DNA of 64,000 nt from a virus (lineage: Duplodnaviria; Caudoviricetes): the IMG/VR virus record IMGVR_UViG_3300021400_003144. The stretch is one strand, 5' to 3'. The position numbers and the translations under genes are program-made. Shown here in pieces: positions 27,808-38,800 of this stretch. Positions within the stretch are counted from its first letter, which is position 1, and each line of letters begins with the position of its first letter. The notes beneath the pieces were generated by a model. It saw only the letters and a list, made by a program, of their open reading frames with translations, was not told the origin of the DNA and did not search any database.

Positions 27808-28920
27808 ATGAAAAAGAAGTTATTAACTATGATGATTGTAGGACTTGCAGCTATGCAAGTAACAGCCTGTGGAGGAAAGAAAACAATAGAGAAAGAATCT
27901 TCTCCAAAGGCAGAGTCAACTTCAAGAGAATCAGAAGAATCAGATAAAAAGTTAGAAGAAACAGATGAACACATATATGGACAGCTTCCAAAAGAAAAAT
28001 ATGAAGAGGTAGCTCTTCAGTTTGTAGAAGCTATCACAAAAGGCAATTATGAAACAGCTTGCAGTCTTATGGCTCCTGATGATGAAAACGGATTTGAAAT
28101 GACTGCTGAAAAACTTGAGGAACTAGCTATGTATGGCAACTTAGCATGGATCTTTCAGAATAGTATGAACCATTCAATAGGTGAATGGGAGGTTGAGCCT
28201 AATAATGAGCAGAATGTAAAAGTACTTACAGATGGTTGGACAGGAGACAATGATGTATTTGTTACAGAAGTGGGTGATGAAGCAAAGATAAGCGGATATA
28301 TGTATGGTCTTGCATATGATGATGCACATGAGCTAAAAAACAATATTGAAGAAGCATATGCTAATGAACTTTCGGGAAATAAGAAAGAGTTTAAGCTGAG
28401 TTTTTATGACACTAACGATTGTACTTTACATGTATATAAAGATTTAGATGATGAAACAGATGAACTGATCAGAGGATACAATAGTGATACGCACATATAT
28501 TTAGATGATAAACATGGTGAATACAAACGTACTGTAGAATATGAAACAGAGTTTGATGCATCTGACAAATATCTTCCAGATTTTGAATACTTTAATGACT
28601 ATTATGAAAATATATTGTTTTCAAATGAGGATGCAGAGCCATTTGAATATGGAAATGGGAAAAAGGGGTACATAACATATGAATTTGAGCCAACTGGCAA
28701 TAGTGCCACTGTACATATACCTTTGTTCTATAGAGTAGATACAAAACAAGATGCTGATGAAGTAATGCTACATGCATTAAAAATAACTATTACTGAAAGT
28801 GCAAAATCAGATACTGAGAAGTTTAAAGAGTTTGTTCAGAGCTGCATCCCGGAATATAACAAGGATCTGATATTGAATTATGATCTGAATGAATCTTTAG
28901 AACTAGTAATTAACAAATAA
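27808..28920 (+). CDS. acidic lipoprotein
   Basis: MKKKLLTMMIVGLAAMQVTAC lipobox. Confidence 0.8.
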   Translation: MKKKLLTMMIVGLAAMQVTACGGKKTIEKESSPKAESTSRESEESDKKLEETDEHIYGQLPKEKYEEVALQFVEAITKGNYETACSLMAPDDENGFEMTAEKLEELAMYGNLAWIFQNSMNHSIGEWEVEPNNEQNVKVLTDGWTGDNDVFVTEVGDEAKISGYMYGLAYDDAHELKNNIEEAYANELSGNKKEFKLSFYDTNDCTLHVYKDLDDETDELIRGYNSDTHIYLDDKHGEYKRTVEYETEFDASDKYLPDFEYFNDYYENILFSNEDAEPFEYGNGKKGYITYEFEPTGNSATVHIPLFYRVDTKQDADEVMLHALKITITESAKSDTEKFKEFVQSCIPEYNKDLILNYDLNESLELVINK

Positions 28921-28946
28921 GACAATACAAGTAACAGGAGAAAAAC

Positions 28947-30251
28947 ATGAGAAAAAAGATATTAACAATGCTATTTGCTGGACTTGCAGCTATGCAGTTG
29001 ATGGCTTGCGGAGCTGTTAAGTTTGAGGTTAAAGGACCTACAAGTAGAACTGGGGCTAGCATTACAAAAGATGGAAGTACAACTGGTTCATCAAATACTA
29101 AGACACTTGATAGGGGAAGTGCATCATTTAATATAGATGATAGCAAAGCAGAATTTACTAATGTATCATTTGATATTCCTGCTGGATATAAGGTTAGTGT
29201 TGAAACTGTTGATGATGCTTTTGTGTACAATCAGGGTGTAGTTACAGACAGCAATGGAAAGTTTGCAGCTAGTATAGTAGAGGGAAATTATACAGAAGAT
29301 ATTACAAAAGTAAATTATAACGAGGCTTTAAATGAATTACTTAAGCCATTTCAGGTAACAGAGAAACTTGATTTTGATACTTTAGGTAATGCAGGTAAGG
29401 TATCAAGTATTGAAGATGGTGTACTATATAGTTGTGTGCAGTTTAGCAATGGAGTAACAATTTTCATTAGAACTGAGGGCAGTAACTACTATATGGTAGC
29501 TGTTCAAGATTTAGATAGTACATATGATTTACTCGGAAAGATTGGATTTGATAAATATCTGAAGTATTCATTAGAAAACGCAAAGGCTGAAGCAAAGAGT
29601 GACAGAGAGACTGAGAGTAGTAAGGCTGATAGCAGTAGTAAGGCTGATGAAAGAGATTATGAAACAGTACAGTCTGAAAGTGAGTCTTATAAAGAAGTAG
29701 ATGACATTAGAGAAACTAATGGAAATGCAGATGAATATAAAGAAGGCTTAAAATCAAAGATTGAGTTTAAGGATGGTGAGGATACTTTTAATGAAACACA
29801 GAGTGAAGTTAAGGCATCTGGGGATACATCTGGGGATATAGCTAAATACTTAATAACACTTGATAATAAGCCTTATTCAGTTAATATTGATAGTTCACTT
29901 GTATCAGATTCAACTGACCACATCATTTTTCTGGATAATGGACTTGAGAGTGTAAGTGCTACTATAACAGATAGTTATGTTGATATTGGTGATACAGAAG
30001 AGTTACAGCTGGAACTTAAATCACTTGAGGATGTAACAGGTAAGAAGGGTCAGTTGGGTAATGTAACATTTGAAAATGGGCAAGAAGATGCTTATGTAAT
30101 AGCATTAGAGGATGATGATTGGAATAAATTGGAAGTTTATCAGCCAATTACAGGATATAATCATTATATTAAGGTAGAAATTACTGATTTTTCAAAGTCT
30201 TATGATATTGATACACTTATTAATACTTATGGTGTAAATACAACAGCATAA
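28947..30251 (+). CDS. acidic lipoprotein
   Basis: MRKKILTMLFAGLAAMQLMAC lipobox; signal peptide homologous to the upstream gene. Confidence 0.8.
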   Translation: MRKKILTMLFAGLAAMQLMACGAVKFEVKGPTSRTGASITKDGSTTGSSNTKTLDRGSASFNIDDSKAEFTNVSFDIPAGYKVSVETVDDAFVYNQGVVTDSNGKFAASIVEGNYTEDITKVNYNEALNELLKPFQVTEKLDFDTLGNAGKVSSIEDGVLYSCVQFSNGVTIFIRTEGSNYYMVAVQDLDSTYDLLGKIGFDKYLKYSLENAKAEAKSDRETESSKADSSSKADERDYETVQSESESYKEVDDIRETNGNADEYKEGLKSKIEFKDGEDTFNETQSEVKASGDTSGDIAKYLITLDNKPYSVNIDSSLVSDSTDHIIFLDNGLESVSATITDSYVDIGDTEELQLELKSLEDVTGKKGQLGNVTFENGQEDAYVIALEDDDWNKLEVYQPITGYNHYIKVEITDFSKSYDIDTLINTYGVNTTA

Positions 30252-30326
30252 GTATTATGAAAAGGCTAACAATAATAAGGAGTATGCAGAGGATATTAGT
30301 TAAAGTACAAGGAGGTACAACATAAA

Positions 30327-33300
30327 GTGATAGGTATGAGTAAGAAACTTATTCCAGTAGCATTAGCTACTGGATTTTTAACAATTATGCTTGGAGGAGG
30401 CAATGCATTTGCTAGTGATATACAAGCACATTCTGAACCTGAAGGTGAATATACAAATCCTATAGATATTACTTTTAAAGTAACAGATCCATATAATGTT
30501 GGAACCAACAAATTTACATTATATATGCCAGTGAATGCCCTGGATTACTGGACTCCAACAAAATATGTGAAGGCTGCTGAAGCTTATGCAGATGCTGATG
30601 GAAATGTTACATTTCCAACTTTTTATAGCAATGGTGAGCATCAAGTATATATGAATCCTATGGATGTTGGTTTTGACCCTGTGGTAATTCAGAGTGTGCC
30701 TGATGGGGCACCTGATTGGGCATATGTATTTGGTGGTGCAGGATATCTAAAACATTTATATGATAATATTTATGAGTATGAAGCTGGGATCAATCTGTCT
30801 GGTTATGAAGGTTATGAATCAGTAACAGCCAATTTAGACGTTTATCATTATGATACATCTGCAGGTACACCTTTCATAATTGATAGATTTAATCCTGATT
30901 TTCATAATAAACCATGGAAGAAGTCTATAGACATTAAAGCTAATATAAACAATTCAGGTGAAGGACCACTAGAACAATTTGAGTTATTTGATGAAGATGG
31001 GAATAGCTTAGGCTTATCATCTGTAAATAGTGATGGACAAGTTGTTTGGAATATAGAAGAAAAATGGGATGAGGTATGTGCAGATAATGTAGTAGAACTG
31101 TTTGTAAATAATGATAAGATTATATATTATAGCATTAACACAAGTGGAGATAATGTATCAAGAAATCTTAGTAATACTATATATAATAATGTAAGCAATA
31201 ATCATACAAAGAATTATAAGATTGTACAGAAGAAAGGTACAGATGCTGATTATGTATATGATAATACAGAATTTACAATTAGTACATCAATGCATATTGA
31301 CAAAAATGCAGGGTTAGTTGTTGATGAGCTTGCAGTTCCAACATTCACAGTAAATAATACAAAGATGCAAAAAGGTAGAATTAAATTAGAACTTGAAGTA
31401 GCACAGGATGTAGACATAGGTAACTTGGACTTACAAAATAATCTTATAATTAGCAATAATGATACTAATATAAATGGTGTGGTGACAAAGAATGGTGATA
31501 AATACATATATGTAAGTGATGATAATCTAGAAGGGAATAGTTTTAACCTAAAAGTAAAAGGGTTGCCAGAAGGTTTAATAGCATTACACATAAAGAAAGC
31601 TGATACTAGTGAAGATGGATTTATTACATATACAGGGTTAATACAGAATTTAGATGCTTGGCTAAGTGAAGTAGAGATAGCAAATAGGACAAATATACCT
31701 GTGTATTTTGAATATGATGTTAATGCTGAAATGAACAGCGGATATTCAAGTAGCAGATTTGATATATACTGTGATGGAGAACAGACAAGTTTCTATGATT
31801 ATATAAATAAAACAAGTAATAATAACTATACAGGAAGAATATCTATTGGTGATTTAAGTTTAGATGAATCTAGCATGAGTAAATATAAGATTGGAGATAC
31901 TGTTGAATCATCAGATATAAGAGAAGGCTTAATAAATAGTAGTTTTAACTCTCAAAGTTCACGTGCACTAAGCGATTTTCGTGACATATATTTTAAATAT
32001 GAAAATGCTAAATCATTAGATGGCAAGTATTGTGGTATATCACCACTTATGCAAGGAGAGTATAAACTGATACAAGATGGTTCTGAAACTTACAATAGTG
32101 AAGATCAAAAGTGGTATATCAATGCTATTATTGTAAGGGAGTTAAAATATAAAGGAGACGAAAGCAATTTACCAGTATTTAAGTTCAGTGTTCCTGCTGA
32201 TAAAGTTGAAAAGAACTTAAATAATTTTGGTCATGAATATAGTACAGTTAAAGCTATAGTAAGTGTACATAAGTCTGATAATGAAAATGAGGACTATAGC
32301 TTAGATGGTTATTTGTCTAAAGTAAGTGATACTGAAGTAGCATTTGTATCAAACATGCAAATTCCTGTTGGAAATTATACAGTAAATGGTGTAAGATGTT
32401 TAGGTCTTAATTATGCAAACAGTGCAGATGAACAGAGTTTTAATGTTGAAGCTGGGGTTGATTATACTTTTGAGAATCCAACTGCATTATTTGAAATGAA
32501 TCGTTCCATATTGGTTAATGGAAACTTAAATATTAGTGACATTTTTGATACTGGAAATACAGAATCTATAATTATAGCCAGTAATGATGATCCTTTGATA
32601 AGCACACATCCATATACTAAGAATATTGAGCTAACTGTTCCTTGGCATAAATTAGGCGGTAACAGTGGTTCAAATATATATATATTTGATAAGACAACAG
32701 GTAATTTTTTAACCACATACGGACATGCATCAACAACTGTATACAGCGAGTCAAGAATGCCACTGCTTTGTTTAGGCTATTATGATGGAAGCAGCACAAA
32801 TTTTCCTTTAGTTGGGTTTGATAAAGGAAAGTTAACTTTAAAGCTTGGATTTACAGAGCCAGGAGTACATGAGCTTAATTTCTATTGTCATGATTTTGAT
32901 AGTGGTAAGATTATATCGGTTAAAGATGTGTCTGTATTTATCACAGAAGATGATATAGAACTCAGTAAAAAGATTGAGTTTTGTACATATAAAACTTTAA
33001 AGTTTATTTTTGATAGGATTCCATTATCTGGTAATGAATTTATAGGTACAGGTAGTACTAATTATGCTTATACTTTTGTACATAATCTGCATAATATGGA
33101 ATGTATAGAGCAAGATGGAACATATATATTTGAAGAACAGATACCTATATTAGGCAAGGTTCAGGGTGACCTAAACTTGGAGCCTGATTACATAGACTAT
33201 AGCTTTACTTTTAATTATACAAGGGCTAAAGGGTTCTATTCAGGTAGTGAGAACCTATATAGAATGGATTGGGAATCCAATTTAGATGATAATGGGGATT

Positions 33301-35738
33301 ATATTACTGGAGTTAAGGTAGATGTGCATTGTGATGATGCTGATAAAGCATATATAAGTGTAAATGGTAAGAAAGCAGATACAGTTAATTTTAATGCATC
33401 TGAAATACTAGAAGTAGTTAATACATCATTGTGTGAATCAGAGTTATATGTGTATTCAGCAAGGAAGGCTAGCAGTACTGAGATGTACTCAGAGGTTATA
33501 CCTCATGCAACTACTAATGATGAAACATACGTTGGTAATAGCTATTACAGAGAGAAAAACTATATAGGTTTAAAATATACATTACAGCCTGGTGAAAAGA
33601 TTGATGTACCTATATACATACCTATGCAATATAAGGCTGGAGATACACGTAACATATATGTTAAGTTAAAAAATCAATTTGGTTGGCAAGAGAAAAAGAT
33701 TGAAGTAAGATTTAAAGGAGCTGCAGAAGCAGAATTTAGTCCTTCTAAAATATCATTTGAAGGTAATAGTATAAAGTTAACAGACTGGTTTGATAATAAG
33801 ACAGGCATATCAGTAACTAAGGATGATATTGAATACAGTATTGAGGATGTAGGATATAAGAAAGTATCTGTAGAAGATATAATGTCAGACTATTTATATT
33901 GGTATCCACTTATTGGTGACCTTTTTGATAATCATAATGCAGCTTACTTCAATTATATAAGTGTTTATGGGCTTACTCAAGAGCAGATTGAGCAGAGGTT
34001 ACAGTATCATAATATGGATATTTCATATGAAAAGTTACTGACAATTATAAGTAGTGTAGTAGATCATCCTGACTGGTATACTGACACAGATGCTACAAGA
34101 CATAAGTTAGATAACAAAGAATTTGATTTTGGAACAAATGTAGTAGAGGATATTATTGTAGTAGATGATGATTTAAACATGACTGTTAATCCTAATCTAA
34201 TTTATGCAAATGGGTTAAGCGAGAAGCTAGCTAATGGAGAACTCAAGATAAACATAGGGTTAAAAGGAGATAAGTTTTCAGATTGCATGATAACACTTGG
34301 AGAGATAAAAGTACCTAAGTATACAGACTATAGTGATTTTAGTTTCTCATTAAATAAGAAGTTAACACTTGATTATGGTGAAGCTAACTTGGAAATATCT
34401 AAAGAAGCTCCAGCTGGAAAATATGGAATCTATAACTCAAACAAGGAGTTAATAAAGGAAGTTGAAACTGATGATAATGATATAATATCAACTATTATCA
34501 GTGTTGTTAAACAGCTGGGAGAAACAATTACTTACTATATTAAGCAGTTAGAAATATTTGATGACTCATTGAATGTAGACAATGAATTTAAAGAGTTTAC
34601 AGTAATAGCATCTCCAAGTGAATTAGGTTCTAGTGAATTTACTATGGTAGCAAAGGGATTAGATGAAATTACCTTTAATAATACTTCAAAGCAAACTAAT
34701 CCATCAGATACTAATAGTGAAGAAATTGAGATTGAAGTAGATGATACTATATCTGAAACTGTAGACCTTGATGAAAATAGGACTGATGCAGTTAGAGCTT
34801 TCAACGTGTTAGAGTTTATATATGATAATCATGATGAAGATTATTTTAAACGTTCACTAAAAACATCAGGACTTACAAGCAAATATAAGTATGGCTTTAG
34901 TGAAAATAAGAATCTGTTCTTTGACCTTACTGAGAATGAAGATGATGCTGATTTGACAGACTTAGTGATGTATACAGATAATAAAAATACAGAGATTAGG
35001 TTTAATGTACCTGATGAAGTACAGGCTGAGCTTATAGATGCTGGTATAGTTGATAATAAACTTACATCAATACATATTAAGTTTAATAATTCAAACTCAG
35101 GTGTAGCAACTGGTTCTGAGATACCTAAGGGTGACTCAGATGATAAGAAGTCAGATGTAGCAACAGGTTCTGAGATACCTAAAGATAGCTCAGATGATAA
35201 AAATACATCTGAAAATACAGACAAGTCTGATGTAGCTAAGAACAATTTAGATGATAAAGGCACATCTGAAAATACAAATAAGTCAAATACTTCTAGTACT
35301 AAGAAAAATAAGAAGTCTGATGATGATAACAAGCCTGCATATGATGGTGACTGGTACACATTAGACAATAAGCTTTTCAATAAGCCTGTGTCAAAAGCAG
35401 GTGGAGCTAAATTCAAAGTTTGGCAATCAAGTCTATATGTAAGAAATGAGACTAGGACATTACCTATACATGGCAGGTCTGGAGAATATAGAACATATCA
35501 TTTTGATAAAGATGGTAAACTGCTATATGGTTGGTTTAAAGACCCTCTTAATCATCAGTGGTATTACTTCGGAGAAGATGGAGCTCAAGTATATGGATGG
35601 CAGTTCATTAATAATAAGTGGTACTACTTTAATAAAGATATGAAATCCATTGACCGTGGTCAGATGCTTAAGAATTGTACAATAAATGGATGTAGACTTA
35701 GTTCAGATGGAGCTTATATTGAAGAAGAGGTAGGCTAA
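30327..35738 (+). CDS. giant secreted surface protein (1803 aa) with shared C-terminal module and cell-wall-binding repeats
   Basis: Signal peptide ending AFA; ATGSE repeats; C-terminal GW...WYYF repeats. Confidence 0.85.
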   Translation: MIGMSKKLIPVALATGFLTIMLGGGNAFASDIQAHSEPEGEYTNPIDITFKVTDPYNVGTNKFTLYMPVNALDYWTPTKYVKAAEAYADADGNVTFPTFYSNGEHQVYMNPMDVGFDPVVIQSVPDGAPDWAYVFGGAGYLKHLYDNIYEYEAGINLSGYEGYESVTANLDVYHYDTSAGTPFIIDRFNPDFHNKPWKKSIDIKANINNSGEGPLEQFELFDEDGNSLGLSSVNSDGQVVWNIEEKWDEVCADNVVELFVNNDKIIYYSINTSGDNVSRNLSNTIYNNVSNNHTKNYKIVQKKGTDADYVYDNTEFTISTSMHIDKNAGLVVDELAVPTFTVNNTKMQKGRIKLELEVAQDVDIGNLDLQNNLIISNNDTNINGVVTKNGDKYIYVSDDNLEGNSFNLKVKGLPEGLIALHIKKADTSEDGFITYTGLIQNLDAWLSEVEIANRTNIPVYFEYDVNAEMNSGYSSSRFDIYCDGEQTSFYDYINKTSNNNYTGRISIGDLSLDESSMSKYKIGDTVESSDIREGLINSSFNSQSSRALSDFRDIYFKYENAKSLDGKYCGISPLMQGEYKLIQDGSETYNSEDQKWYINAIIVRELKYKGDESNLPVFKFSVPADKVEKNLNNFGHEYSTVKAIVSVHKSDNENEDYSLDGYLSKVSDTEVAFVSNMQIPVGNYTVNGVRCLGLNYANSADEQSFNVEAGVDYTFENPTALFEMNRSILVNGNLNISDIFDTGNTESIIIASNDDPLISTHPYTKNIELTVPWHKLGGNSGSNIYIFDKTTGNFLTTYGHASTTVYSESRMPLLCLGYYDGSSTNFPLVGFDKGKLTLKLGFTEPGVHELNFYCHDFDSGKIISVKDVSVFITEDDIELSKKIEFCTYKTLKFIFDRIPLSGNEFIGTGSTNYAYTFVHNLHNMECIEQDGTYIFEEQIPILGKVQGDLNLEPDYIDYSFTFNYTRAKGFYSGSENLYRMDWESNLDDNGDYITGVKVDVHCDDADKAYISVNGKKADTVNFNASEILEVVNTSLCESELYVYSARKASSTEMYSEVIPHATTNDETYVGNSYYREKNYIGLKYTLQPGEKIDVPIYIPMQYKAGDTRNIYVKLKNQFGWQEKKIEVRFKGAAEAEFSPSKISFEGNSIKLTDWFDNKTGISVTKDDIEYSIEDVGYKKVSVEDIMSDYLYWYPLIGDLFDNHNAAYFNYISVYGLTQEQIEQRLQYHNMDISYEKLLTIISSVVDHPDWYTDTDATRHKLDNKEFDFGTNVVEDIIVVDDDLNMTVNPNLIYANGLSEKLANGELKINIGLKGDKFSDCMITLGEIKVPKYTDYSDFSFSLNKKLTLDYGEANLEISKEAPAGKYGIYNSNKELIKEVETDDNDIISTIISVVKQLGETITYYIKQLEIFDDSLNVDNEFKEFTVIASPSELGSSEFTMVAKGLDEITFNNTSKQTNPSDTNSEEIEIEVDDTISETVDLDENRTDAVRAFNVLEFIYDNHDEDYFKRSLKTSGLTSKYKYGFSENKNLFFDLTENEDDADLTDLVMYTDNKNTEIRFNVPDEVQAELIDAGIVDNKLTSIHIKFNNSNSGVATGSEIPKGDSDDKKSDVATGSEIPKDSSDDKNTSENTDKSDVAKNNLDDKGTSENTNKSNTSSTKKNKKSDDDNKPAYDGDWYTLDNKLFNKPVSKAGGAKFKVWQSSLYVRNETRTLPIHGRSGEYRTYHFDKDGKLLYGWFKDPLNHQWYYFGEDGAQVYGWQFINNKWYYFNKDMKSIDRGQMLKNCTINGCRLSSDGAYIEEEVG

Positions 35739-35767
35739 AACATAAACTAAAAGCACATAATTATTGA

Positions 35768-35803
35768 TTACACCTCTACAGACTTAGATATGTAGAGGTG
35801 TAA
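35768..35803 (+). terminator. intrinsic terminator/hairpin
   Basis: TTACACCTCTACA/TGTAGAGGTGTAA perfect 13-bp stem. Confidence 0.75.
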
Positions 35804-35866
35804 ATTTATGAGAAAATATACAGATTATAAAATTTAAGCTATAATATTTTGGAGGGATTTTAAGAT

Positions 35867-38800
35867 ATGAATATTATATGCAAACTGAAAAAACTAATAA
35901 TTAGTTTAGTAGCTATGCTATTCATTTGTGGTTTCACTTCATTTGCATCAGAAGCTACTTTTATTGGGAGTCCAACTGTTGGTAAATCTTGTAGATTTAA
36001 TGATTTAATAAATAGTATTAGAAGTAGGTCTTATGTAACTGAGATTAAATGGAGTGATACAGCACCAGATAGTGGAGTAACAACAGTAAATGTAGGTGAT
36101 AATAGTGGTGAAAGCATATTAGCATGGGCAGATGAAAATACTATTTACTTATATACTGAAGCAGATAAAGTATATATGCCAAAGGATAGTACTGCATTTT
36201 TACGTAAATTTACTAAGTTAACTAATTTAGATTTTCTTACAAATGTAGATACATCAAAAGTAACTGACTTGGATTATGCATTTAGTGATATGAATAGTAT
36301 TACTAGTTTAGATGGACTTTCAAATTGGAATATTCCTAAAGTAACAAGCTTATACAGTACTTTTAGTAATATGACATCTGTAACAAGTCTAAACGGAATT
36401 TCTACTTGGAATACATCTAATATAGAAGCATTATCATTTACTTTTAAGGGAATGTCATCTGTAACAAGTTTAGATGGGATTTCAAATTGGGATACTTCTA
36501 AAGTAACAAGGTTATACTGTACTTTTGAGGGAATGTCATCTGTAACAAATTTAGATGGGATTTCAAATTGGAATACTTCTAATGTAACAACTTTATATAA
36601 CGCTTTTAAGGGAATGTCATCTGTAACAAGCTTAGATAGTCTTTCTAATTGGGATACTTCTAATGTCACTGACCTTGAGAGTACTTTTGAAAATATGTCA
36701 TCTGTAACAAGTTTAGATGGGATTTCAAATTGGGATACTTCTAAAGTGACAACACTCGCACATACTTTTTATGGCATGTCATCTGTAACAAATTTAGACG
36801 GAATTTCAAATTGGAATACTTCTAATGTAACAGTACTCAGCTATACTTTCTATAAGATGTCTAAAGTGGATAATATAGATAGCTTATCAGGTTGGGATAC
36901 ATCTAAAGTTACATACCTAGTTTCAACCTTTGGCAGAATGACTACAGTACATAATTTAGATGGAATTTCAAATTGGAATACTTCTAATGTAACAACACTC
37001 AGCGGTACTTTTGAGAAAATGTCATCTGTAACAAGTTTAGATGGGATTTCAAATTGGGATACTTCTAAAGTAACAAATCTTGTATGTACTTTTGAGGAAA
37101 TGTCATCTGTAACAAGTTTAGATGGAATTTCAAATTGGAATACTTCTAATGTAACAACACTCAGAGGTACTTTTGAGGAAATGTCATCTGTAACAAGTTT
37201 AGATGGGATTTCAAATTGGGATACTTCTAAAGTAACAAATCTTGTAGATACTTTTTATGGAATATCTGTTACAAATTTAGATGGACTTTCAAATTGGAAT
37301 GTATCTAATGTGACAACACTTGATTATACTTTTAGAGATATGCACTCTGTTACAAATTTAGATGGACTTTCAAATTGGAATGTATCTAATGTGACAACAC
37401 TTTTATATACTTTTGAGAATATGAAATCTGTTACAAATTTAGCTGGACTTTCAAATTGGAATACTTCTAATGTAACAAGACTAGAAGGCACTTTTAAAGG
37501 TATGTCATCTGTAATAAGCTTAGATGGACTTTCAAATTGGAATACATCTAATACAACAAATATTTTATATGCCTTTGAATATATGACATCTGTAACAAGC
37601 TTAGATGGAATTTCAAATTGGGATGTATCAAATGTAATTAAAACTAGTGGCTGTTTCAAAGATATGAAAAAATTAAAGAATACTGATGGAATACAGAACT
37701 GGGATCTAACTAAGATAACTATTACATCTTCTGGTATGTTTTCTGGAGATACAGCTATAGAGGAATTAAATTTAGCTTCCTTAAATAAATCTTATGCTGC
37801 TAATGACCCATTTGCTGTAAGTAATACAAACCCAAGTCCAGCTAATATTAAGACTTTTGTACCTCCTACAAAATTAGTAGTAACTAAAGATATATTCAAT
37901 AATAAAATATTGAATAGTATTTCTAATTCAGCTATATGGATTGTAGAGGGCAGTCCAGATACAGTATATACAAAGGCAGAGATATACAATTTATATAAGG
38001 ATAATGTACAGTCTAATATAGATAATGGAACAAATAATATAATTAAATTTATAAAGTGTCATTCAATCACATATAATTACAGTGGTGGTACTAAAGTTGA
38101 TACTAATAATAAGTATCCTACCACATATACTGAAGATAGTGTGATAAAGGTCAGTGATATAGGGACAGTTTCTAAAGAAGGATACACATTCATAGGATGG
38201 TCTGTAAATGGTAGTACTGAAATTAAATCTAATCCGGATGATATACTGATTAATGGTGGAACAACTAATGTTACATTAAAGGCTAATTTTGTACAGTGTC
38301 CTTCAATCACCTATAATTACAATGGAGGTTTAAAAACAGACAGTGATAGCAATTATCCTGCATATTATGTTCCTGGTTCTACAATAACAGTAAGCGACAT
38401 AGGCGGTGTATCAAAATCTGGATATGCATTTGGCGGATGGTTAGTAACTCCTGGAAATGGAAAAGCTAAGGTTAAAGACACTGATGTTATAATTGATTCA
38501 ACTACAACTGGTGATGTTACACTAAAAGCCACTTGGAAAATAGCTGAAGCAACCTTATCAGGTTCATTTACAACTAAGCTAAATAAGCTTTTTGCATCAA
38601 TTAAAAAGATAGAATATATTAGGTGGAGTGATATAGCTCCTGACACTAGTATAACTACTGTTAATGTAGATAGTGGTAATAAAGGGTATATAAAAGCTTG
38701 GGCATCTGGAAATACAGTCTATTTGTATAGCGAGGCAGCTAAAGTATACTTACCAGACAGCTGTTATCAGTTATTTTCTGGATTGTACGGATTAAAAGAT

